Positions 40,876-50,893 of a stretch of 64,000 nucleotides of DNA are shown here, in pieces. Source of the DNA: an uncultured Verrucomicrobiae bacterium. Lineage in GTDB: Bacteria > Verrucomicrobiota > Verrucomicrobiia > Chthoniobacterales > UBA10450. The notes under the pieces were generated by a model. That model saw only the letters and a program-made list of their open reading frames with translations. It was not told the DNA's origin and made no database searches. The position numbers and the translations under genes were made by a program. The stretch lies in NCBI GenBank assembly GCA_963815455.1, contig CAWFGO010000002.1, forward strand, positions 652,708 to 716,707, given 5' to 3'. Every line of letters starts with the position of its first letter. Position 1 is the stretch's first letter.

Positions 40876-42049
40876 TTGAAGATTTTACAAATGGCTCACA
40901 CGCTCGACCCGAGCGTGGGCGGCGTGGCGCCTGCGATGCTCGCTCTCAGCCGCGGGCTGGCCCGGCGCGGCCATAAGCATCGACATCGTCACGCTGGATG
41001 ACGAGCCAACCGACGGGCCGCGGTCGGCGCCCGCGGTTACAACCGGCAATTTAACCATTCACGCGCTCGGCCCCGGCCTAACCAGCTATCGGTATTCAAA
41101 CAAACTCTTGCCCTGGCTGCGGCAACACGGCGAGGAATACGATCGCGTGATCGTCAATGGACTCTGGCAATACTTAAGCTTCGCCGCCTGGCGCCGCTTC
41201 CATGGATCGCCCATCCCATATTATGTTTTTCCGCACGGAATGCTCGACCCCTGGTTCAAACGGACTTTCCCGCTTAAACATTTGAAAAAATGGCTGTATT
41301 GGCCGTGGGCTGATTACCGCGTCTTGCGGGACGCGGCCGCGGTGATTTTTACCTCGGAGGAGGAGCGTGTCCAGGCGCGCAAATCTTTCTGGCTCTACAA
41401 ATGCCGCGAGCGGATTTCCCCGCTCGGCATCGAGGCATCTGGTCCGATTTCCGCGACGGCAAAAGAAGCTTTCCTGGCCCGTTACCCGCAATTGCAAGAC
41501 AGGCGGATTCTCCTTTTTCTTGGCCGGCTCCATCCGAAAAAGGGATGCGATCTTCTCATTGACGCGTTACCGCGCGATCCGGAGAGCAACATTTCGCTGG
41601 TGCTGGCCGGCCCCGATCAGGTCGGCTGGCGCCGGCAGCTGGAACTGCAGGTGGAACGGATCGGCATGTCACGTCGAATCGTCTTCACCGGCATGCTCGA
41701 GGGAGAAATGAAACAAGGCGCCCTCGCCGCCGCCGATGCTTTCATTCTCCCATCGCATCAGGAGAATTTCGGGATGTCGGTCGTCGAAGCGCTGGCGGCC
41801 GGATTGCCGGTCCTGATTTCCGATCGGGTTAACATCTGGCGCGAGATTGATGCCGATGAAGCCGGGTATGTCGAAAGCGATGATTTAGCCGGAACGACGC
41901 GTCTGATCGAACGCTGGATGAAGACATCGCCGGAAAAATGCGAACAGATGCGAGCGAATGCGCGCCAATGTTTTTCCAAACGGTTCGAAATTGAACATGC
42001 GGTCGATTCTTTGCTGAAAATTCTGAACGAAGCTCGCTCCCAGGCATGA
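40876..42049 (+). CDS. Glycosyltransferase family 4; frameshift near 40978
   Basis: LDPSVGGV, PHGMLDPW, FLGRLHPKKG, PSHQENFGMSVVEA. Confidence 0.88.
41014..41041 (-). repeat. Single REP unit of the ileS family, in frame inside a GT gene
   Basis: Reverse complement TGTAACCGCGGGCGCCGACCGCGGCCCG is 25/28 identical to 4549-4576. Confidence 0.75.
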
Positions 42050-43189
42050 AGATCACGATTGTGAACGGCGCGTTCCTGCCGGTGCCTCCCGTCATGGGCG
42101 GCGCCATTGAAAAGGTGAGCCTCGCTCTGGCCAACGAATTTGCCCGGCGTGGCAATGAAGTGACCAGTGTCTCTCGCGCTATCCCGCAATTTCCGCGAGA
42201 GGAAATGCGCGACGGCGTGAAATTCGTGCGCGTTCCCGGTTTCGATACTCCACGTTTCCTGCGTCTGGTTGAAATTTCTAGATCTTATCTACTCGCTTCG
42301 AGTGGTTCGCGTTTTACCTGTGGCCGATATCATCGTTACCCACACGTTTTGGCTGCCGATACTGCTTCGAAACACGAAACACGGGCAGGTCTATGTCCAC
42401 GTCGGTCGTTATCCGAAAGGCCAGATGCGGCTCTACCGGCACGTGGCCCGACTACAAGCGATGACCCACGCCCTGGCCCGCGCCATTGCGAAGGAAGTCC
42501 CCGATCTGCAATCGAAAATCTCCGTCATTCCCAACCCGGCGCCTGAACCACAAATCCCGGGCCTGCCGCCCCCACTGGACGCGCGCGAACGGGAGATTCT
42601 TTTTGTCGGTCGCGTTCATCCAGAAAAGGGTGTTCATCTTTTGATTGAAGCTTTTGCGGGCAAGCCGGCTGCTCTGGAAGGCTGGAAACTTGTGATTGTA
42701 GGCCCGGCAGAAATCAAATTTGGCGGCGGTGGCGAACCGTACCTGGCCGATCTTAAGCGGCAGGCAGGAGATGCGCCGGTGGTCTTTCGCGGCCCGATCT
42801 TTGATTCCCTTGAGCTGGAGAAGGAATTCCACCGGGCCCGGGTTTTTGTTTATCCATCACTGGCCGAGTGGGGTGAAACTTTCGGCCTCGCCGCCGTTGA
42901 AGCGATGGCGCATGGTTGCGCCGTCTTTGTCTCCGACCTCGGCTGTTTTCACGATTTTATTCGCGACGGCGAAACCGGCTTCATTTTCGATCATCGCGCC
43001 AAAAACCCAGCGGAATTGCTCAACCAAAAAATCGCGAACGCCATTGCCGATCCCGCCCTGCTCGCGCGCGTGGCCGAGTCGGGTTATCGTAAATCGGCCG
43101 ACTTTTCGATTTCCAAGGTTGCCGATCAGTTTCTGAACGACTTCAATTCAATTCTATCCAAATCAGATGCCCGAAACCCAAGTCGTTAA
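42046..43189 (+). CDS. Glycosyltransferase family 4; frameshift near 42260
   Basis: PVPPVMGGAIEK; FVGRVHPEKG; ETFGLAAVEAM. Confidence 0.88.
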
Positions 43190-43721
43190 CCCAGCCCAAA
43201 CCTCCGCCTACGAATCGCCCTGGTCGGGCTCCGACCGCTTCATGCGCGTGCTATGGGAATTTTGCTGGTTCGTTTTTTGCGCGTGGACGCCCAAGCCATT
43301 GAACGAATGGCGGCTCTTTTGGCTGCGCGTGTTCGACGCCAAGATCGACGGCAAACCATTCGTGCATCAACGCGCCCGGATCGCCATTCCCTGGAACCTG
43401 ACGCTGCACGATCACGCCTGTCTGGGCGATCGTGCGAACGCCTACAGCCTTGGTGAAATCGAAATCGGCGCCCGGGCCACGGTCGCCCAGGAAGCGTATT
43501 TGAGCACAGGCAGCCACAATTTCGAACAACCGGGAATGCCGTTAGTAACCGCCAAAATCACCATCGGCGAAGACGCCTTCGTCGGCGCGCGGGCGTTCGT
43601 TATGCCCGGTGTCACCGTTGGCGCGCGCAGCATTGTCGGCGCCTGCTCGGTGGTGACGCACGACGTGCCGGAAAACGTGATCGTGGCCGGCAATCCCTGC
43701 AAGGTGCTGCGGACGCGATGA
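43167..43721 (+). CDS. wcaF: Colanic acid-type acetyltransferase
   Basis: WRLFWLRVF, PWNL, QEAYLSTGSH, AGNP. Confidence 0.85.
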   Translation: MPETQVVNPAQTSAYESPWSGSDRFMRVLWEFCWFVFCAWTPKPLNEWRLFWLRVFDAKIDGKPFVHQRARIAIPWNLTLHDHACLGDRANAYSLGEIEIGARATVAQEAYLSTGSHNFEQPGMPLVTAKITIGEDAFVGARAFVMPGVTVGARSIVGACSVVTHDVPENVIVAGNPCKVLRTR

Positions 43722-44567
43722 CTTCGCGCGTTCCGGTTTCAGTCCTGGTTCCGATCAAAAACGAGGCGGCGAACCTGCCGCGTTGTCTCGACTCGGTGAA
43801 ATGGGCTGACGAAATCTTCGTGGTCGATTCGAAGAGCATGGATGGTTCCATCGACATCGCCCGGAAAAATGGCGCGGCCGTTGTTCAATTCGAGTTCAAC
43901 GGGACCTGGCCGAAGAAAAAGAATTGGGCGCTCGAAAATCTTCCTTTCAAGAACGAATGGGTTTTCATTCTCGACGCCGATGAGGTTCTGCCTCCGGAAG
44001 CAGAGATCGAATTTGCCAGCGCAATCAAAAATGCCGGGGCCATTGCCGGTTATTGGATTAATCGCCATTTCATCTTCCTCGGCACGAAAATTGCGGCACG
44101 CTTATTATCCAAATTGGAATCTCCGCCTGTTCCGGCATGCGCTCGGCCGCTACGAGAAGCTCACGTCGGCGGAGACAGCGAGCGGTGACAACGAAGTGCA
44201 CGAACACGTGATCGTGAACGGTCCGACGGCGAGGTTGCAATGCGAGATGGAACATCACGCCTTTCCGTCAGTCGATGTTTTCATGGAAAAACATCAGCGT
44301 TACTCGAACTGGGAAGCCCGCGTGGCGGTCGCAGGCGAACCGGCGGAAGACCTCGCCCATGAACATGTCGATCTTAAACGGCGGCTAAAAAGAATTTCGC
44401 AACGGCTGCCCTTTCGACCCCTGCTGCGGTTCCTCTACATTTACATTTGGCAAAAAGGATTTCTCGACGGGCGCGACGGGTATTACTTCGCCCGACTCCA
44501 CGCCGTTTACGAATTTCTTTCCGTCGCCAAAACTTATGAGTTGCGGCGACGCGCCGGACGCGACTGA
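43718..44567 (+). CDS. Glycosyltransferase family 2; frameshift near 44085
   Basis: KNEAANL, VDSKSMD, LDADE, EVHEH, GFLDG. Confidence 0.88.
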
Positions 44568-45784
44568 TGCGGATCGTTGTCTGGGGAATTAATTACGCGC
44601 CCGAGATCACCGGGATCGCGCCGCACAATGTCGCGCTTTGCGAGTTTTTGCGCGGACACGCCGTCGAAGTCGAGATGGTGACGACGTTCGCCTACTACCC
44701 GGCCTGGCGAAAACGCGACGAAGATCGACATCGGCTTTATCGCACGGATGTAATCAACGGCGTGCCGGTTCACCGTTGCTGGCATTTTGTCCCGCGAGCG
44801 GTTTCTGCCTGGAAACGGATCATACACGAAGGCACATTCATCGTTACATCGACCTTGTGCATCCTGTCGCTCGACCGAGCCGATGTTTATGTTGTCGCTT
44901 CGCCGCCTCTGCTTCTCGGCGCAGCGGCGTGGTTCGTCACCAGATTCAAGCGCGCGCCATTTGTCTTTCATGTCCAGGATTTGCAACCGGACGCGGCCGT
45001 CGGTCTCGGAATGCTTAAAGCGGGCTGGTTCACCCGAGCGCTTTATTGGCTCGAGGCCCTTGCCTACAAAAAAGCGACGCGCGTTTCCGGGATCAGCGAA
45101 GAGATTGTCGATGCTTTCCGGCGCAAAGGCGTGCCGGAAGAAAAGTTGATCTTGTTTCCAAATGGGGTCGCGATTCCAAAAGAATTTCCACCGCGAGGCA
45201 GATTCCGCGAGAAACAGGGGTTCGCTTCCGATGAGTTTCTCGCGATTTACGCCGGCAATCTTGGAGTCAAACAAGGACTGGAAATTCTACTCGATGCCGC
45301 CGAACAATTTCAGAACGATCGAATCCGCATTGTGCTGTGTGGCGACGGCGCCGCCCGCCCGGCGCTGGAGAAAAACCTGGAGGATCGACATCTCACCAAT
45401 GTGACGATGCTGCCGCTGCACTTTGGCCGGGATTATCAGGAATTGCTCGTGGATGCGGACGTCTCGCTCATCACGCAACAAAGCGGCTCAGGGAACGCAT
45501 TTTTTCCCAGCAAACTTCTGGTCACGCTCGCCCATTCGAGTCCGGTTGTTACCGTGGCCGACGAGGAAAGCGCGCTGGCTCGTGCTGTCGAGCAAGGCGG
45601 ATTTGGCCGAAATGTCCTTCCCGGTAAGCCCGGAGAGTTGGCGAAAGCCTTAAGCGACCTGGCCCAGGATCGACAACGGTTGCGCGACTGGGGCCAGGCC
45701 GGCCGCGTTTATGTCGAACGGTTCGAGCAAAAGCGATTGCACGAACAGTTCGCGAAAGAGATTGAAGCGCTGGCCCGAGGATGA
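44567..45784 (+). CDS. wcaI: WcaI-family glycosyltransferase
   Basis: GINYAPEITGIA, YYPAW, HVQDLQPDAA, YAGNLGVKQGL, PSKL. Confidence 0.9.
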   Translation: MRIVVWGINYAPEITGIAPHNVALCEFLRGHAVEVEMVTTFAYYPAWRKRDEDRHRLYRTDVINGVPVHRCWHFVPRAVSAWKRIIHEGTFIVTSTLCILSLDRADVYVVASPPLLLGAAAWFVTRFKRAPFVFHVQDLQPDAAVGLGMLKAGWFTRALYWLEALAYKKATRVSGISEEIVDAFRRKGVPEEKLILFPNGVAIPKEFPPRGRFREKQGFASDEFLAIYAGNLGVKQGLEILLDAAEQFQNDRIRIVLCGDGAARPALEKNLEDRHLTNVTMLPLHFGRDYQELLVDADVSLITQQSGSGNAFFPSKLLVTLAHSSPVVTVADEESALARAVEQGGFGRNVLPGKPGELAKALSDLAQDRQRLRDWGQAGRVYVERFEQKRLHEQFAKEIEALARG

Positions 45785-45870
45785 GGTGGATCGGTCGCTC
45801 CGCGAGCGATGGTAAGACGAATTGCGCTTGGCGCCACTATATCATCGCCCGCGGAGCGGCCGATCCACCT
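45784..45870. repeat. REP doublet (REPIN) left of RAYT
   Basis: AGGTGGATCGGTCGCTCCGCGAGCGATG (45784-45811) and inverted copy (45843-45870). Confidence 0.9.
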
Positions 45871-45903
45871 TGCCATTTTCACGGCACGTTTGCACGATCG
45901 CGC

Positions 45904-46365
45904 GTGCCATATCGCGGATTTCCAGCCAAGCTGCATCATGAGGTTCCGGGCTGGGTCGAGTCCGGTGCAATATTTCATATTCGCATGGCTCTCGATCATG
46001 AGAAAAAACAGCGATCGCTCGTTGCGCCCTCTCTGGCAGCGGCGTTACTCGATTCCGCGCGATTCTATGAATCGAAGGGACGTTGGTACATCACGATCTT
46101 CATGCTAATGCCAGATCACATTCACGCACTTCTGTCCTTCAGAAGCGATCAGGCAATGAGTCGCATAATTGGCGATTGGAAGCATTTTCACGCAGCCAAC
46201 AACTCAGTGAAATGGCAGGAAGGATATTTCGATCATCGCTTGCGTGATGACGAGCGGGGCGAACAGCTCTCTGCGAAAATCGAATATATTCGCCAAAATC
46301 CGGTAGCCGCCAGATTGTGCGCAAGGACTGACGATTGGCCGTGGAGGATTGACCCGTTCGCATAG
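45904..46365 (+). mobile_element. REP-associated tyrosine transposase (RAYT, IS200/IS605 Y1 HUH family)
   Basis: FHI, LMPDHIH (HUH), WQEGYFDHRLR, YIRQNPV; REP doublets on both sides. Confidence 0.92.
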
Positions 46366-46448
46366 GTGGATCGGTCGCTCCGCGGGCGATGACAAAAGAT
46401 CGGCTCCGCCGCCAAAGTAGCATCGAGCGACGGAGCGCTCGATCCACC
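46364..46448. repeat. REP doublet (REPIN) right of RAYT
   Basis: AGGTGGATCGGTCGCTCCGCGGGCGATG (46364-46391) and inverted variant (46421-46448). Confidence 0.9.
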
Positions 46449-46460
46449 AGCCATCGCTGG

Positions 46461-47858
46461 CTAGTACGCCGTTCGCGGTGGAAACATTAGTTGCGCGAAT
46501 GTGCGCAGGATGATTCCGCACTCGAGAGAGAGATTCCAGTTTTCCAGATATTCGAGGTCGCACGCGACTCGATTCTCGATGTCGGCGCTGTTTCGCGCTT
46601 CGCCGCGAAATCCGCGCACCTGGGCGAGACCGGTGATGCCTGGCTTCACAAAAGCTCGGACGTGATAACTTGCCAGCAGGGTTGAGAATTGGTTGTTATG
46701 TTCGACCAGATGCGGGCGCGGTCCGACAATGCTCATGTCGCCGCGCAGCACGTTCCAAAATTGCGGCACCTCGTCGATGCTCAGTTTGCGGAACCATCTC
46801 GCAAGCGGGTACACGCGCTCATCGTTATCGCTCGCCTGTCGCGCGACCTCGGAGTGATCGGGCCGCATGGTGCGGAACTTGTAGATCGTAAATTGCCGGT
46901 TTTGCATGCCGGCCCGGACTTGTTTGTGAAAAAGCGGACCGGGCGATTGGAGCCGTTGAGCAATCCAAACGACGATCGCCAGCACCGGAAAGACAAACAG
47001 CATCACCGGAAGCGCGATGACGAGATCGATCGCGCGCTTGAAGAAACGGTTGAGCGGATTCTCGAGCGGCTCTTCCCGAAGACCGATGAACCGAAAACCG
47101 TCATCCTCAAAATGGGTGATCGAGTGACGCAGCTTCTCCTCCAGATCGCTGACAATAAGCAGCCGGATGCCGAGCTGGTCGCAGGCGTGAATAACATTGC
47201 GATCCATTTCGGTAAGGGGAAACTCCAGGAGAATCACCTGGGTGATCCCCCGCTCCCGAACAATTTTCTCGAGATCGTTGGATGCGCCGAGAACCGGAAT
47301 CCCGTCGTGGATCTTTTCGGTTGGCTCATCGCAAATGAGGCCAACGGCATGAAGCCCGATTTTGTTCTTACGGCGGAGCCACTCGCCGAGCTGAGTCGCC
47401 TTTCGAATGGAACCGACAAGGAGCGTTTTTTCTTCTCGCTTAAAAAACGTCCGGGCCAGGATCGACGGAAAATAATGGTGGGAGAAAAGCAACCCGACGT
47501 AAAGCCACGGAACAAAGTTGAAGAAAAATATTCGAGAGATGAAAGCGTCCTTGGTGGCGATCAGGTACAACACCAGGGTCCCGGTGCTGGCGATGGTTTG
47601 CCGAAGACTAAGGCGATGCTGCCGGAGCAGTTCGTTTTGCAGAAAATAGTTTTTCGAACCATCGCGGCTGAGCGATTCCAAAAACATGCCGAGCACGAGC
47701 ATCGCGCAGTAAATGCTGTAACGGCGCCAGGTCAGTTCCGCACCCGGCGAATAGAAAGTGACCATGATCCAGACGCCGGTCCAGAAGAGCAGAGCGACCA
47801 GGATGATCTGGCAGAACAGGAAAAGGCGGTACAAACCTTCCGTGCGTTGTGTGACCAT
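46461..47858 (-). CDS. wcaJ: Undecaprenyl-phosphate sugar phosphotransferase (priming glycosyltransferase)
   Basis: KRAID, KFRTM, DEVPQFWNVLRGDMSIVGPRP, KPGITGLAQV. Confidence 0.92.
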   Translation of the reverse strand: MVTQRTEGLYRLFLFCQIILVALLFWTGVWIMVTFYSPGAELTWRRYSIYCAMLVLGMFLESLSRDGSKNYFLQNELLRQHRLSLRQTIASTGTLVLYLIATKDAFISRIFFFNFVPWLYVGLLFSHHYFPSILARTFFKREEKTLLVGSIRKATQLGEWLRRKNKIGLHAVGLICDEPTEKIHDGIPVLGASNDLEKIVRERGITQVILLEFPLTEMDRNVIHACDQLGIRLLIVSDLEEKLRHSITHFEDDGFRFIGLREEPLENPLNRFFKRAIDLVIALPVMLFVFPVLAIVVWIAQRLQSPGPLFHKQVRAGMQNRQFTIYKFRTMRPDHSEVARQASDNDERVYPLARWFRKLSIDEVPQFWNVLRGDMSIVGPRPHLVEHNNQFSTLLASYHVRAFVKPGITGLAQVRGFRGEARNSADIENRVACDLEYLENWNLSLECGIILRTFAQLMFPPRTAY

Positions 47859-48010
47859 GACTATTGCGCTCCGAGCGAACTGAGAGTACGCGATGGCTGC
47901 GCGGCTTCAACTCGTGCTAAACTGTGAGCGAACATGGGATACGCACCGCAGAAAGCCATGCGCGCCAGTCTAATTAGCTATTCTCATACCATGGTAATCC
48001 ACTTCAGCTG

Positions 48011-50383
48011 ATGCGAGACCCGGCGCACTCTTCCCGCCTCCAGCGCAGGCGGGCAATCTCGGCCGGCCAATGGGCCGGGAGCGGCTTGATTGCTCTCTTG
48101 CCAGTCCTGGCTTCTTTCCTCGGCGGTGGGTCGCCAAAATGGGCCGAAGGAATCGTGCTCGGGCTGCTGGGATTATTGTTGCTCGTCCGGCCGCCGCGAG
48201 CATCGCTCGGCCTGTTAACGAATTGTGTGCTGGTCGCGCTCGTTGCTTTGGCAGGCATTGCATTTCTGCCGGCTGATTGGTTCTTTGTGCCAGCCTGGCG
48301 TCACGCGGTGTTGAATGATTTTGACATCCACCTGCCGCCGACCCTTGGTCCGCAACCCTGGCTCACCGCGGGTTGTCTGGTCAGTCTGGTGGCGGGCGTC
48401 GCCTGGCTCTATGTCGTGAGCACGCAGGAAATCGGGCTTCGCTCCGCCCGGTTCCAACTGCGGCTCTTCGTAGTGGGCATCGTGTTCCTGGCGGCTTTAT
48501 GCATTGCCATGTACTGGGCGCATGCCGCCTTTCCTTTTTGGAAAAATGAGCGTGGCTTCGGGCCGTTCCCGAATCGAAATCATACGGCCGATCTTTTCGG
48601 CGTCGCTGCGATCATGCTTCTGGCTTGTGGACAGGACGATCTTCGGCACGGCCGGAAAACCTGGCTGCTCTGGCTGGCCGGTCTGGTCATCTTGATCGGC
48701 GCGATCATTCTGGATTATTCGCGGGCCGGGATCGGTATTTTAGTAGGCGGAAGCGCTCTCTGGATCGGCACGGTGGCAGTGCGGCAGCGATCTCCCGCCC
48801 GGCTGGCGCTCGGTCTTTCGTTTCTCCTGATCCTGGCAACGGCGCTCCTGCTTTTCGGCGGACAAACTCTGGAACGTTTTCATCTCCGCGGCCTCGAGGG
48901 GCCCGGCATTTCGACCGATTTTCGCTGGCGGATATTTCACGATGCCTTCCAGCTGATCCGTTCCTCGCCGTGGTGCGGGATTGGATTGGGAAATTTCGAT
49001 TCCGTGTTCGCGATCTTTCGCGCGGCATCGCTCGGCAATACCCGCGCGCTTCATCCGGAGAGCGATTGGATTTGGTTGTGGGCCGAGCTCGGCTGGCCGG
49101 CGGTTGCGTTTGCCATTGTCGGGGCCGTGCTTCTGGTTCGCCGTGTCTTCCCGTTGCGAGAAGGAACCAATCAGCGCTTTCGCCTGGCCGCGATCATCGG
49201 CGCACTCATCGTGGCGGCTCACGGGCTTGTCGATGTTCCCGGCCACAAGATTGGAACAGCGTTCTCAGGAATTTTCCTGCTCGGCCTGGCCTTGCATCGG
49301 CCGCTCAATTTAAAGGCAAGCCGCCTTGCTCCGGTGGTTTTTCGTCTGATCGGACTCATCCTGCTGGCCAGCGGGATCGCCTGGACGTTTGCGGGAAATA
49401 GAATGCTGCTGCCCGGATCGTCCGGGGTGGATCGGGCTCAACACCTGGCCGAAATTTCGACCCGAGGTCGCAATTTCACCGAGACGATCGCTCTGACCTC
49501 GCGCGCGCTGGAATGGGAGCCTCTCAATTGGCAGCTTTATTTCCTGCGTGCCATCGGAGAAGTGGGATCGAGGCAGCCGGCGAAAGCGCTCGAAGATTTC
49601 CGGCGCGCTCGTTTTCTCGAGCCAAACGCCTATGAGGTTCCGCTGGCTGAGGGCAACGTCTGGATGTCATCGAATCCGATTTTGGCGACAACGGCGTGGC
49701 GAGAAGCGTTGCGTCGGGCCGGCAAAGAAAGGACCAATGTTTACAACGTTATTCTGAGGAACGCGCCCAAGAACAACGAGGTTATCGGGCGTCTCCTGGA
49801 GGAGACCGCGCTGCGTCAGCCCGACCTGACGCTGGCTTACCTGGGCGAAGTTTCCGGCCCGAGCTTTAATCAAACTCTCGCGCGTTTCTTGAAAGGCGAC
49901 CCCGATTTGAAGTCGTTGAGCGAGCCGCAAAAAATAGCCCTCTTCGCCATGTGGTCGAGCAAGGGCCATCCGGAAGAGCTGGCCCGCGCGGTCGAACAGC
50001 ATCCCGATTGGCTCCAGTACGCCTGGCTCGGCATGGCCAAATATCACGCGAGCAAAAACGAGTTTCGCGCCGCTTACGAATTGACCCAACGCTACGGCGA
50101 GCCCGTGGCGTTCCCGCGGGTCACCGAAGCCGGCCCCTTCGAAGAACTCAAAAAACGTTTCGCCGTCGCGCCAGACAACTACGGAGTGGGTTATGCGCTT
50201 TTTCACGAGCAAATGAAACGCGGCCTCGTTACCGACGCGCTCGTGACGATAAGACGCTTTAACGAACGCGGAAACGCCCCGCCGTACTTTCGGTTCCTGG
50301 AAGCGCAGAGTTGGGCTGCCCAGGGAGACTGGGAACACGCCTGGAACGCCTGGCTTGCCTACCGGGAGGCTGCCCGCCGGTAG
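48011..50383 (+). CDS. O-antigen ligase-family membrane protein with TPR-like C-terminus
   Basis: GPFPNRNH, YSRAG, GIGLGNF, HPESDW. Confidence 0.85.
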   Translation: MRDPAHSSRLQRRRAISAGQWAGSGLIALLPVLASFLGGGSPKWAEGIVLGLLGLLLLVRPPRASLGLLTNCVLVALVALAGIAFLPADWFFVPAWRHAVLNDFDIHLPPTLGPQPWLTAGCLVSLVAGVAWLYVVSTQEIGLRSARFQLRLFVVGIVFLAALCIAMYWAHAAFPFWKNERGFGPFPNRNHTADLFGVAAIMLLACGQDDLRHGRKTWLLWLAGLVILIGAIILDYSRAGIGILVGGSALWIGTVAVRQRSPARLALGLSFLLILATALLLFGGQTLERFHLRGLEGPGISTDFRWRIFHDAFQLIRSSPWCGIGLGNFDSVFAIFRAASLGNTRALHPESDWIWLWAELGWPAVAFAIVGAVLLVRRVFPLREGTNQRFRLAAIIGALIVAAHGLVDVPGHKIGTAFSGIFLLGLALHRPLNLKASRLAPVVFRLIGLILLASGIAWTFAGNRMLLPGSSGVDRAQHLAEISTRGRNFTETIALTSRALEWEPLNWQLYFLRAIGEVGSRQPAKALEDFRRARFLEPNAYEVPLAEGNVWMSSNPILATTAWREALRRAGKERTNVYNVILRNAPKNNEVIGRLLEETALRQPDLTLAYLGEVSGPSFNQTLARFLKGDPDLKSLSEPQKIALFAMWSSKGHPEELARAVEQHPDWLQYAWLGMAKYHASKNEFRAAYELTQRYGEPVAFPRVTEAGPFEELKKRFAVAPDNYGVGYALFHEQMKRGLVTDALVTIRRFNERGNAPPYFRFLEAQSWAAQGDWEHAWNAWLAYREAARR

Positions 50384-50398
50384 GTTTTACGCGAACGA

Positions 50399-50893
50399 AT
50401 GACCGAACATCGCCATCCCGGTCGCCGCCGTTGGCTGGTCTTTACGATTGGTTATTCCCTCGGGGCTCTGTTTCTCGCCGCTTTTATTTTAATCGGCGGC
50501 CGCGAGCTATGGACGAGCGGCCAGGGAAAATTCATCGCCCCGGGTCGGTCTGCCTCCGTCGATGCTCATCTGCAAACGCTCCTTGGAGTTCAAAACGCCT
50601 CTGAGAAATGCCTCGCGGCAATGACCAAAGTGCGGAGCCCAAAGCCTGTCGTCTTTGTTTGCCCTCGGGACGATGCGGCCGGCGATTTCATCTATTACCT
50701 GCTCGCCTACTTAACCTGGCCGCAAAAGATAGAAAAAATCGACATCGATGACGCGCAACTGAGTTCGAAAGACTTTGATCGCACCGCAAAATCGGCGTTC
50801 GTATTTTTCAAGGTGTCACCGCCGCCCGGTTTGACCCGGGGTTGGCCGATCGGTTCGAGTCTTTTGATCGTGCCGCTCGAACCCACGCCATGA
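50399..50893 (+). CDS. Hypothetical membrane-anchored protein
   Basis: N-terminal TM segment; stop overlaps the next start. Confidence 0.65.
   Translation: MTEHRHPGRRRWLVFTIGYSLGALFLAAFILIGGRELWTSGQGKFIAPGRSASVDAHLQTLLGVQNASEKCLAAMTKVRSPKPVVFVCPRDDAAGDFIYYLLAYLTWPQKIEKIDIDDAQLSSKDFDRTAKSAFVFFKVSPPPGLTRGWPIGSSLLIVPLEPTP

Noticed and set aside
45781..45903. N-terminal extension of RAYT
   Set aside because: It is largely the translated REP doublet; GTG 45904 is the more plausible start.
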